64,000 nt of DNA from Bacteroidota bacterium (GTDB taxonomy: Bacteria; Bacteroidota; Bacteroidia; 2-12-FULL-35-15): assembly GCA_947449315.1 (NCBI GenBank), contig CANFRC010000001.1, positions 237,793-301,792 of the forward strand, given 5' to 3'. Below are positions 10,631-20,175 of the stretch, piece after piece; position 1 is the first letter of the stretch, and each line of letters starts with the position of its first letter. Both the position numbers and the translations under genes were made by a program. The notes under the pieces are model-generated. The model was not told the origin of the DNA. It made no database searches and saw only the letters and a program-made list of their open reading frames with translations.

Positions 10631-10936
10631 TTATTCGATCTCAGCAGTTATTCCTCTTTCCAGAAGAGCCGTGCACATAGGTTCTAAGTCTTCATAGCTC
10701 CCTTTCTTTACGGAACACTTTCCTTTATAATGAATAAGAAAAGTACACTGTTCAGCCTGAATTGGATCATGCTTACACACTTTAATCAACGAATCGATAA
10801 CATGTTCAAATGTATTGAAATCGTCATTGTAAACGATTAGTTGCTTGCCTGCTATCGCAAGTTCTTTCGGTGCTTCCAAAACATCAACATCCGATTCAAG
10901 TTCCAGTTGTTCCTTATCAAAATTTCTAATTATCAT
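10631..10936 (-). CDS. clpS: ATP-dependent Clp protease adaptor ClpS
   Basis: LIVYNDDFNTFEHVI...AEQCTFLIHYKGKC. Confidence 0.88.
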   Translation of the reverse strand: MIIRNFDKEQLELESDVDVLEAPKELAIAGKQLIVYNDDFNTFEHVIDSLIKVCKHDPIQAEQCTFLIHYKGKCSVKKGSYEDLEPMCTALLERGITAEIE

Positions 10937-10958
10937 TTGTAAAAAAGACTAGTTAATA

Positions 10959-13900
10959 TTATTTTTTGATATACACTTTCGCTTCCTCTACAGAGATCTT
11001 AACACCATCTTTGTATGCAACAATAAAAGCATCAACTATTCCTGCATTTTCAACTATCTCTGCTTTAGAAGCACTCGCCTCTTCATACGTACGATAGGGT
11101 TCTACAGAATATATTGTCAGGCCATCAGCATCGGTATAGTTTCGAATACCTTTCTTAGCAATTTTAAAAAATTTATTTGCAATCTCTAATGGAACTTCGT
11201 TTTTAAAAGCACCAATCTGAACTTTAAAAACAATACCAGAATCAATCGTCATTGGAATTACCTTAAAAGGTGTTAGATCCTTAACAGCAGAATCCTTTTC
11301 AATCTTGGGCGCTAATGTTTCTTTTGCAGGAGGAATAATTTCTGTAACCACCTTTTGGTTTGTTTCAGGGATTGCTGTATTCTGCTCCGTTGTAAAAACA
11401 TTTTTAGGAATGTCCTGATCGACATTTTTGTTTTGCTTAGAATCACCTCCATTAAAAGTTGGCAAGCCGTTCATATTAGCTGCAATTGAAAATACCGAAG
11501 CGCCTTGTTTTTCTAACTTAGAAGCTTCGTTCATAGAAATTCGTTTTCCATTATAATAAGCCGTAACAAAAGCATCTTTTATACCAATGTCAATGATCAT
11601 ACGCTTTGCTGCAGAGGCACGAGGAATGTTATTGTAAATACCTGAATTGTATCTAAGATTTCCATTCGGTGTCGTTTCTGAGTAAAGAGGCTGAACATTG
11701 AACAATTTAATTGCTTCAACGGGTTGAGAATACACACCTACCTGAATTGTGTAAAACAAACCGGTGACTGCTGATACATTTTGAGCTTTGGCAATTTCTG
11801 AAGAATTTGTTGCTCCATTAATTGTCGTTGTTTTTACTGAAGTTTGTTGTTGTGTTTCAACAGGATTGGAGACACTTGCATTTTCTATTACAGTGGAAGA
11901 TGTTTGGTTTGAAATAGGCGTTGGCGCTCCTAACATTTTCATCGCCTCAGTATTAGAAATTCGTTTCCCATTTAAGAAAGCAACAACAAAAGCGTCTTTA
12001 TAACCTAAGTCTATGATCACCCCTTTCGCTTTATCAGCTGATCCATATTTGGTAAATAAACCCGCCGTATAGCGCGTAAATCCTTGCGAAGTAGTTTCAC
12101 CGGTAATTGGAGACATTCCTTTGAAAAGATCCTGAGGAATCGGATTTCTGAAAGCACCAATCTGAACCTTGAAGATTAAACCTTCTGGTAATTTTTCATT
12201 AACGGGAATTGGTTTAACAGCGGAATAAACAGGATTGGCAAGTGTTACAAATGTTTCATTGGACGATAGACTTATTGCTTTAGTTGTTTTAGCTACCTCA
12301 TTTGTATTTGCAATATTTTTTTGTACTGTTGATTCGGAATCAGTTTTTGCAGTATCTATTTTAGAAGTATTTTTAGTTTTGATTGCCGCGTTTGCTAAAT
12401 CCTTATTCGTATTGGATGTAATCACGTTTTCAGACTTTACAACAGAATTATTATTCGATTTTTTAGTCTCTATTATCGGTTTCGAATTATTCACAACGAC
12501 TGCATTGTCGGTAGTTTTTGTTGGATTTTTAGTTTTAGAATCGACAGAAGGAACATTAGAAATAACAAAATTCTGATTGTATTTTTTATAAATGGCAATA
12601 GCCTTTTTTTGTTTTTCTAAGGCTAGCATTTCATTTTTATACGCATCATCCAAGTCTGACTGATTTAATAAAAAAGAGTTTTTTGATGCCGATAAACCTC
12701 TCGATTTCTGAGCCTTATCAAAATAGATCTTGGTTTCATCTTTCATCATTTCAGCCATCAAAATATCATCCGCTTTCATTGCTGTTGATACTGCCGATAA
12801 TTGAATCAAGGCATTTTGATTCTTTTCATACTCTGTTTTATTAGCCGTTGCAATTAACTGAGTGGATTCAATCTTTTTTCCTTCAGCCTGTTGACTTAAT
12901 TCAGCTGCTTTCGCTAAGTCAGCATTCTTATCATCTATATTTTTTTCACTTGTAGCCTTCTTCTTCAGTTCATTTGCCTGAGTCATTAACAACTCGTATT
13001 CTTTGATGAGAAGATTAGATTTTATGGCTTGTTCGGAAGCTATCGTTGATGAGTATTTAAATTGTTTTGTTGCTGAAACTGTTTCTGAAGGCCTTGAATT
13101 AGGGTTGGTCGAATTGTCATTCGTAGCTGCTAAAGTTTTATCAACGGTAATTGCAGACGCTTGCATGGTTTTCAGTTTAGCAATTGATTTATCGAGTTCC
13201 GTTTGCTTTTCTTTTATGTCAGCTTCTACAGATGCAATTACAGCGGTTAACACTTTTTTCTTTCTATTATCTTTTTCAGATTTAAGATCGGCTTTAGCAT
13301 GGGCCAATGAATCATTTGAGGAGGCAATGTATTTCGAGTAAGCATCCACCTTCTTATTCTCTTTTTCCAATTCAGTTTTAGAAACTTCAGCATTTGCTAT
13401 TTCAGCCTTTAATTTTTCTAAACTTGACAATTCAATTGCATTGCTGGTCTGTTTGAGCGTATTGTCTTTTGAAGGATTTGTATTATTTACAATTGCATCC
13501 TTTGTTTTTTTAGCATTAGCTTTACTACTATCTGTTACATTCGCAACTATAGCAGATTTATTTTTATACTTTTCTACTTTCGCAATACATAGATCTGACT
13601 GATCTTGTTTATCCTTCAGATCTTTTTCAAGAGTAGAGATTTCCTGATTCAATTCCTTTTTCTTTGTAATATCTTTCTCTAATTTAACTTCTGATTTTTT
13701 ACTAACTAACACATCATTTATGGATGCTGACCAAGCGTTGTATAATTGAACTTTTTTATTTTCACGTGCTATTTCATCTGTCATATTTTCAGCAGCAGCA
13801 AGTTCATCCTCATATTTTTTATTATAATCTTCGGAGGTTGCTGCATTATCCTTTATTGAATTCACAACCAAAGAATGATCAGAAGTTTTATTTCCATTGG

Positions 13901-16388
13901 CAACATTCGTTTTAACTGAATTGTTACTCAAAGGATTTTCATTTTTAACACCCACATCATTTGTTTTTGCTGATGCAACAACAGTAGAATTCTTTAATGA
14001 ATTAACCTCTTGTTCTAATTTTGCTTTATCAACTGTTGCAGCAATAGCTGCTGCAGTTTCACTCGATCCTGCTTTCGCTTTATCAAGCACATTTCCTACT
14101 AATTCGCTTTCATTAACAATACCATTATAATCTTTCTGTAACTGAAGCACCTTTGTTTCATTTAACGCTAAGTCGGATTTACTTTCTTCAGTATCTTTTT
14201 TCAAACCTGCTAGTTGATCGAATAAACCTTGTCTGACATTATCATTTCTTTCCTTTTCAGCATCCGCTTGTGTGTTAGCAATAAGTTTTTCGTTATCAGA
14301 AATCTCTTGCTTGATATCTGCGGAAATTTGAATAGCCTTATCCAGCTCTTTTTTCTTATTATCAGCATCCATTTTAATGCTATTCACAAAAGTCGGATTG
14401 TTATTCTGTTCACTTAATGCATCCAATTTCTTCTGCTGTTCATCAAGTTTTGTTAGTGCAGCGGCAGGATTTTTAGATTTTACAGCTGCTTCTAAGTCTT
14501 TGGCATATTGTTTTGAAAGGTCTGCTTCTTCTTGTTTAGCTGCTGCTCTATAATCTAATTTCTTGGCAAGATTAAATGCAGCCACCGTTTCCTGGTTCAA
14601 CTCATCAGCATCCACAGAAACGAGGTTCGCCTCGTCAATAGTAGTTTGCTTTTTAACATTATCATCCATCTTGGATGCGTCTAATAGTAATTGTGCCGCC
14701 TCCTTCGTTTTATTCTGCGCTAATTCATTTTTTTGATTTGCCAATGCTAATGCCACATCAGCCTGCTCTTTAATATCTTGAGCTTCTTTTTCTACATCAG
14801 CAGCATCAGCATATGCGATCTTAACAATATCATCATTCGTTAATTTTAAATTAGGTGCTACCTTTGTTTTATCAACAGCTAAAGTTTCCTGATTTGAAGG
14901 ATCAGTGATGGAGTCTTTCTTTTCTGATGAAGTGGTATTGGTTTGTTCAGATGTATTTACTTCCATCTTGGATTTTTCTTTGATGAAATTAAGTGCAAGC
15001 AAATAGCTTGACTCGTCCATCTCCTCATCAAACATATTTTTTATGATCAGCTTATCTGTTCCCGTTTCATAACTGATCTCCTGTTTCATGGGTTTAAAAA
15101 CATATTGAACAGGCACATCGACAACATCTGATTGTGTTAAAAACCCGTTCGCTTCTACCGTAAATAAAAACTTACCACCATTTTGAATATTGATTAAATA
15201 AACACCATTTGAAGCATTCGAATTAAATATTCCTAATATTTCATTATTCTTAAAATCTTTTACAGTAATTTTTACATCCAAAGCCTGACCTTCTCTGTTT
15301 TTTACAATCGCTCCTTTTATGATAGCCATATCAATAGGTTTGCGCTCAACATTGATGTGATAAACTACCGTTTTGCCTGTATTACTAGCACGGGCAGAAG
15401 AAAAGTAGGCTTCTGTTTCATCTTCATTCGTAACATACAAAATGTCATCATCCGGAGTATTAATAGGGAAATCTATATTAACAGGCTTGTTCCAGGTATT
15501 GGTTTCTTCATTAAAAGTAGTTTTAAAAATATCATAACCTCCCATGGAGTTATGGCCCTTTGAACAGAAATACAACACTTTTCCATTGGGGTGAAGAAAA
15601 GGAAAATCTTCATCATATTTTGTATTTACAGGGCTTCCAAGAGCTTGTGGTTTACTCCACTCACCAGTTGGCAATTTTCGGATAGTAAAAATATCTTTCC
15701 CTTGACTCGCATCTTCACCATAACTGGAAAAGAAAACCTGGTTGTTATTAGAAGTTAGATAGATGATCGACTTCTCTTTTTTCTTTTTATCCAACGCCGT
15801 CTTAAAAGCTTCATCATCTGGTTTCACAAGAAGTTTTCCACCAATATCTGAAATATCGTAAGACCTAAAGAAATCGGTCTTGCTCATCTCTTTCTTTTCA
15901 ATTACCAGTAAATCTGTCAAATTGTTTAATAATTTTTTACCGTTATTACACATCTCTATCTGACGGTCAACCATGAGTTTTTCTGCCTTTGCAGCAGAAG
16001 CAACACCCTTGTAAATTTGATATTCCTTAATAGCATCATCAAAACGGTAGTTCAAATGGTAAGCTCTGGCCAAATAGAAAAACACTTCTTTTTCAACCTC
16101 TGGTCTTCGTGAAGCAAATTCTAAAAAAGGGATTGGTTTTTCTTTGTCATCACTGGCATATAACATACACACGCCTAGGCGATAATTATAATTAGGATCT
16201 TTGGGGTATATACTAGTTAATTGGGTGTATAAAGGATAAGCTTCTTCAAATTCATTGTCATAAAACAACTTAGCAGCCTGTTTTTTCAACTCTTCTTCCG
16301 AGGCAAAAGTTGTTTGCGCCGAAGCTACTCGCGTGCATAAAGCAAACGTAATGAGCAATAAGAAAATACGCCTTAAATGCTTGTTCAT
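10959..16388 (-). CDS. 1809-aa exported protein: TPR + PD40 repeats + carboxypeptidase-regulatory-like domain + long helical region + three SPOR-like repeats
   Basis: Signal peptide ASA|Q; PNYNYRLGVC and YLARAYH TPRs; GSPVNTKYDEDFPF...GGYDIF PD40 motifs; three (F/Y)xVQIGAF...AFVVA(F/Y)xxGxRIS repeats. Confidence 0.75.
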   Translation of the reverse strand: MNKHLRRIFLLLITFALCTRVASAQTTFASEEELKKQAAKLFYDNEFEEAYPLYTQLTSIYPKDPNYNYRLGVCMLYASDDKEKPIPFLEFASRRPEVEKEVFFYLARAYHLNYRFDDAIKEYQIYKGVASAAKAEKLMVDRQIEMCNNGKKLLNNLTDLLVIEKKEMSKTDFFRSYDISDIGGKLLVKPDDEAFKTALDKKKKEKSIIYLTSNNNQVFFSSYGEDASQGKDIFTIRKLPTGEWSKPQALGSPVNTKYDEDFPFLHPNGKVLYFCSKGHNSMGGYDIFKTTFNEETNTWNKPVNIDFPINTPDDDILYVTNEDETEAYFSSARASNTGKTVVYHINVERKPIDMAIIKGAIVKNREGQALDVKITVKDFKNNEILGIFNSNASNGVYLINIQNGGKFLFTVEANGFLTQSDVVDVPVQYVFKPMKQEISYETGTDKLIIKNMFDEEMDESSYLLALNFIKEKSKMEVNTSEQTNTTSSEKKDSITDPSNQETLAVDKTKVAPNLKLTNDDIVKIAYADAADVEKEAQDIKEQADVALALANQKNELAQNKTKEAAQLLLDASKMDDNVKKQTTIDEANLVSVDADELNQETVAAFNLAKKLDYRAAAKQEEADLSKQYAKDLEAAVKSKNPAAALTKLDEQQKKLDALSEQNNNPTFVNSIKMDADNKKKELDKAIQISADIKQEISDNEKLIANTQADAEKERNDNVRQGLFDQLAGLKKDTEESKSDLALNETKVLQLQKDYNGIVNESELVGNVLDKAKAGSSETAAAIAATVDKAKLEQEVNSLKNSTVVASAKTNDVGVKNENPLSNNSVKTNVANGNKTSDHSLVVNSIKDNAATSEDYNKKYEDELAAAENMTDEIARENKKVQLYNAWSASINDVLVSKKSEVKLEKDITKKKELNQEISTLEKDLKDKQDQSDLCIAKVEKYKNKSAIVANVTDSSKANAKKTKDAIVNNTNPSKDNTLKQTSNAIELSSLEKLKAEIANAEVSKTELEKENKKVDAYSKYIASSNDSLAHAKADLKSEKDNRKKKVLTAVIASVEADIKEKQTELDKSIAKLKTMQASAITVDKTLAATNDNSTNPNSRPSETVSATKQFKYSSTIASEQAIKSNLLIKEYELLMTQANELKKKATSEKNIDDKNADLAKAAELSQQAEGKKIESTQLIATANKTEYEKNQNALIQLSAVSTAMKADDILMAEMMKDETKIYFDKAQKSRGLSASKNSFLLNQSDLDDAYKNEMLALEKQKKAIAIYKKYNQNFVISNVPSVDSKTKNPTKTTDNAVVVNNSKPIIETKKSNNNSVVKSENVITSNTNKDLANAAIKTKNTSKIDTAKTDSESTVQKNIANTNEVAKTTKAISLSSNETFVTLANPVYSAVKPIPVNEKLPEGLIFKVQIGAFRNPIPQDLFKGMSPITGETTSQGFTRYTAGLFTKYGSADKAKGVIIDLGYKDAFVVAFLNGKRISNTEAMKMLGAPTPISNQTSSTVIENASVSNPVETQQQTSVKTTTINGATNSSEIAKAQNVSAVTGLFYTIQVGVYSQPVEAIKLFNVQPLYSETTPNGNLRYNSGIYNNIPRASAAKRMIIDIGIKDAFVTAYYNGKRISMNEASKLEKQGASVFSIAANMNGLPTFNGGDSKQNKNVDQDIPKNVFTTEQNTAIPETNQKVVTEIIPPAKETLAPKIEKDSAVKDLTPFKVIPMTIDSGIVFKVQIGAFKNEVPLEIANKFFKIAKKGIRNYTDADGLTIYSVEPYRTYEEASASKAEIVENAGIVDAFIVAYKDGVKISVEEAKVYIKK

Positions 16389-16678
16389 ATATCGCTTTCG
16401 GGAAGAAATGTGCTTTGGTTAATTACTAACAAAGTGGTGGATGACATCAAATTGTTCAAAACTAATTTTTATAACACCCCACCTATCACACAAATTTAAG
16501 TTTTTTTATTGATTGATGCTATTCTTTTAAGAATTCCATAACGGCTAATTTTTAGCAAAAAAATGAGCGCATTATATCTTCACAAGAATCTTTCAAAAAA
16601 ATGAGGTTATAAATTCAACTTGTGAGCTGAACCAACAAAATATTTGTAATTATTTTCCGTTAGGAGAAGCGCAAACTT

Positions 16679-16686
16679 TATATTTG
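16679..16686 (+). promoter_or_regulatory. -7 element (TATATTTG)
   Basis: Exact TAnnTTTG match 4 nt upstream of ATG 16691. Confidence 0.5.
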
Positions 16687-16690
16687 TAAA

Positions 16691-18166
16691 ATGAATTTGA
16701 GACACTTAACACTATTTTTCCTTCTTCCGGTTCTTATTTTAGCCTCATGTAAAAAAGATGAAATGCTAACCGACTCAACTGCAAAGCTTGATTTTTCTAC
16801 TGATTCTGTCCTTTTTGATACTGTTTTTCATTATGCGGGATCTACAACAAAGCTTTTCAGAATCTATAACAAACATTCACAACCAATGATAATTTCAAAG
16901 GTTTATTTGGCAGGTGGAACGAGTTCCAACTTCCAATTAAATATTGATGGTCTTGCAACAACGGTATCATCCCCTATTTTAAAAGACATTGAAATTTTAG
17001 GCGGAGATAGCTTGTATGGATTTGTTCAAGTGAACGTTACCCCTAGCGGCTCCAACCCTTTGCTAATAAAGGATTCTATTATCTTTGAAACGAACGGCAA
17101 CATACAGGATATTAAGCTTACTGCCATTGGGCAAGATGTTTATTTACACAAACCTGATCCAGGAAAATTTTACTCCATAATTGGTCGTGCTGGACATGAC
17201 ACAACATTGCCAAATGACAAACCTCATTTGGTGTTTGGATATGTAGTTGTAGATTCAGCTTGCAAACTAACTCTTCAGCCTAACACACATTTTTTCATGC
17301 ACAATCATTCGGTATTTTGGGTTTATAAAGATGGTACGCTCATAATGGACGGAGGAATAGCACCCGGCACTGAGGTGACTTTTCAGGGCGACCGGTTAGA
17401 ACCGGAATACAAAGACACTCCCGGACAATGGGGTAAAATATGGCTATCTGCCTTAAGTAAAGACAATAAAATAAATTACGCGATCATTAAAAATGGTGCT
17501 ATCGGTGTTCAGGCAGACACGCTCAATGGCACATTAGCTTCTGCTACCAGCCCAACTTTAATCATCACCAATACGATCATAAAAAACATGAGTGCAGCTG
17601 CGCTTTATGCGCAAGGATCATTTGTAAGAGGTGTTAATTGTGTGTTTGCTAATTGCGGACAATATGTTACAGCACTTAGTATTGGAGGAAGATATAGTTT
17701 CATTCATTGTACCTTTGCTGACTATTGGACAGGAGCTACAGCCAGAACAACACCTGTTTTAGCATTGAATAACTATTACACTTCTACTGGTGGAACTACT
17801 TTTGTAAGGTCTTTGGATAGTGCCTACTTCGGAAATTGCATTATTTATGGTGATTTAACCAATGAAGTTGAACTGGATTCAGCCGCTGCTGCTGGCCCTG
17901 GATATTTCTACTATAAATTTGACCATTGTCTTTTAAAAACGACATTAAATACCACCATCGAAATGTTGCATTACAATTCAGATTATGTGAATAATGATCC
18001 TGGCTTTAAAGATGCAGCAAGCAATGATTTCAGAATGAATGCAGCTACCTCTTTTGCTGTTGATAAAGGCAATACAAGCATTCTCATTTCTAAGGATATC
18101 TTGAATGCGAATAGGCCTAATCCGAGCACATCTATTCCTGATCTTGGCGCGTATGAATTTTATTAA
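16691..18166 (+). CDS. lipoprotein with Ig-like N-part and probable right-handed beta-helix
   Basis: Lipobox LASC; GTEVTFQGDRLE...PGQWGKIWL and Asn/Ile-rich repeats; C-terminal DLGAYEF. Confidence 0.65.
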   Translation: MNLRHLTLFFLLPVLILASCKKDEMLTDSTAKLDFSTDSVLFDTVFHYAGSTTKLFRIYNKHSQPMIISKVYLAGGTSSNFQLNIDGLATTVSSPILKDIEILGGDSLYGFVQVNVTPSGSNPLLIKDSIIFETNGNIQDIKLTAIGQDVYLHKPDPGKFYSIIGRAGHDTTLPNDKPHLVFGYVVVDSACKLTLQPNTHFFMHNHSVFWVYKDGTLIMDGGIAPGTEVTFQGDRLEPEYKDTPGQWGKIWLSALSKDNKINYAIIKNGAIGVQADTLNGTLASATSPTLIITNTIIKNMSAAALYAQGSFVRGVNCVFANCGQYVTALSIGGRYSFIHCTFADYWTGATARTTPVLALNNYYTSTGGTTFVRSLDSAYFGNCIIYGDLTNEVELDSAAAAGPGYFYYKFDHCLLKTTLNTTIEMLHYNSDYVNNDPGFKDAASNDFRMNAATSFAVDKGNTSILISKDILNANRPNPSTSIPDLGAYEFY

Positions 18167-18200
18167 TCACTGTTTTTTCAATTAAAAAAAAACAGTGAAT
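18165..18200. terminator. intrinsic terminator between convergent genes
   Basis: TCACTGTTTTTT ... AAAAAACAGTGA inverted repeat. Confidence 0.6.
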
Positions 18201-18264
18201 TTTTGAATTTATAATTGGGGCAGGAAATGAAGATTGAAAGTTACAACAGCAAATAGAAAAAAAA

Positions 18265-18963
18265 CTATTCGACATTTAATGTCAGGTCGGAAATCAATTT
18301 GATAACATATTCCAATTGCTGCTCTCTGGTGAGATCCGTATTATCCAGAACAATTGCATCCTTGGCTTGTGTTAATGGATTTTCCTTACGATGTGTATCT
18401 TCATGATCTCGCTGGATCAAATTCAACTTCACATCATTAAATGAAATATGCTGACCTTTAGAAGAAAACTCATCGAATCTTCGCTGGGTGCGGATATCGG
18501 TATCAGCAGTCATAAATAATTTAAGTTCTGCGTCGGGAAAAACATTGGTTCCTATGTCTCTTCCATCCATAACAATTCCTCTGTTTTTACCAAGATCACG
18601 CTGTATTGCAATCATCTTAACACGCACATCATGAATAGCACTTACCTTACTTACGTTTTCAGAAACAACCATCTGACGTATGTCTTTTTCAACATTTTCG
18701 CCATTTAAAAATGTTTCAGAAGATTTTGTACTGGTATTAAATTTGAATGAAAGATGGATTTCATCTAATAATTTCAGGATCTCATTTTCCTGAAAGCTGT
18801 GATCCTTAATAACGCCTTTTCTAAGCGCATACAAAGTAACACAGCGATACATGGCACCGGAATCAACATAGGCATACCCCAATTTTGAAGCTAAAGCTTT
18901 GGCAAGCGTGCTTTTTCCGCAAGCGGAATATCCGTCAATGGCAATGGTAATTTTGGTCATCAA
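18265..18963 (-). CDS. cmk: cytidylate kinase
   Basis: IAIDGYSACGKST, VDSGAMYR, MDGRDIGT, RDHED. Confidence 0.96.
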   Translation of the reverse strand: MMTKITIAIDGYSACGKSTLAKALASKLGYAYVDSGAMYRCVTLYALRKGVIKDHSFQENEILKLLDEIHLSFKFNTSTKSSETFLNGENVEKDIRQMVVSENVSKVSAIHDVRVKMIAIQRDLGKNRGIVMDGRDIGTNVFPDAELKLFMTADTDIRTQRRFDEFSSKGQHISFNDVKLNLIQRDHEDTHRKENPLTQAKDAIVLDNTDLTREQQLEYVIKLISDLTLNVE

Positions 18964-19033
18964 AAAATGGTATTGTACAGAACAATATTACTCATAATTT
19001 TTTTGAATAAAAACTATTGAATACCAGAAAGGT

Positions 19034-20095
19034 TTAATTTTTTTTGGAAGTAAAGCTGTTTAAGTCCATACTTATTGAGAACGTATTGGAAGGCCCTGCA
19101 ATGTGGTAAATAGCGTGTCCATAACTAAAGTGGAATTTATAAATACGGAAGCCGAATCCAAAAGAAAATCCAGGACCACCATTTTTATCCGGTATTTTTA
19201 ATTCCACTCTTCTTTGATAATTATACCCCAGCCTCAAGAATAAATTTTTGGTAACTATAAACTCACCTCCTATGACCATGTGACGCATCAATTTATCGCC
19301 AAATATTTTAGCCTTATTTTGTTTAATAGGATCCCCTGTTAATGGATCAACGGTTAATGTTGGATTAGCGGGGTCTTCATAGGTCAAATCCCATTTTTCA
19401 AGATTTTCATATACAAATGAAAAACGAAAAGGAACATGCTTGGGTTTTTTAGATATCCCAACCTGTACTTCAAAAGGAAGTTTTTCTTTGTTACCTATGA
19501 CGTAAGGTTTCCATTGACGCCCCATGTTCTTTATAACCGCAGCAGCTGTAAATCCATGATTGGGGCGAACATAAATAGCACCGAGGTCAATTGCGGAGCC
19601 CCATGAAGAATACGATTCCAGTTGAGAATAAATTGTTTTAACAGTAACACCTACCGTTAAGTTTGTATCGATGATCGATCTGGCATACGCTAAATTAAAA
19701 CTCATTTCATTCGCTCCAAAAGTACCATCAGTATTACCAATTTCATCTGCACGAATAAATTTACCGTAATCTAAATAATGAATTCCGGCACTGAAATTAC
19801 CAATCTTATTGAAATGTTTTGCATAAGCCACATAACCATAATTGATATCAGAAAAATAATTGTTGTAACTTAAAGCAACGTTATTACTCATTGAATCCGT
19901 CAATAAGGAAGGATTAATTAGCGAAACATTCAAGTCGTTATCTTTGACAGGGATAAGATTTCCGCCTAAGGCTGAAACACGTGCAGAGATTGGCAAATTA
20001 AGGAATTCGTAAGTATTGTTTCCTCCAACTTGCGAAAACGCTGAACAATTGAAAATGATTAATAAAAGAAAAAGTAATTTTTTAAGCTTCATCAA
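19034..20095 (-). CDS. porQ: type IX secretion system protein PorQ
   Basis: QVGGNNTYEFLNLPISARVSALGG and INPSLL PorV/PorQ-type N-terminus; beta-barrel pattern; conserved lon-porQ-cmk order. Confidence 0.85.
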   Translation of the reverse strand: MMKLKKLLFLLLIIFNCSAFSQVGGNNTYEFLNLPISARVSALGGNLIPVKDNDLNVSLINPSLLTDSMSNNVALSYNNYFSDINYGYVAYAKHFNKIGNFSAGIHYLDYGKFIRADEIGNTDGTFGANEMSFNLAYARSIIDTNLTVGVTVKTIYSQLESYSSWGSAIDLGAIYVRPNHGFTAAAVIKNMGRQWKPYVIGNKEKLPFEVQVGISKKPKHVPFRFSFVYENLEKWDLTYEDPANPTLTVDPLTGDPIKQNKAKIFGDKLMRHMVIGGEFIVTKNLFLRLGYNYQRRVELKIPDKNGGPGFSFGFGFRIYKFHFSYGHAIYHIAGPSNTFSISMDLNSFTSKKN

Positions 20096-20175
20096 TACAA
20101 AGTAAACAAAAATATTTGTGTTAAAAACGAATGAATCAGGAATTTATTGCCCGAATGAACTATCAGGCAAAAAAC

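Noticed and set aside
11788-15563. Multiple + strand ORFs (60-113 aa) inside the giant gene
   Set aside because: Antisense shadows of a low-complexity coding region
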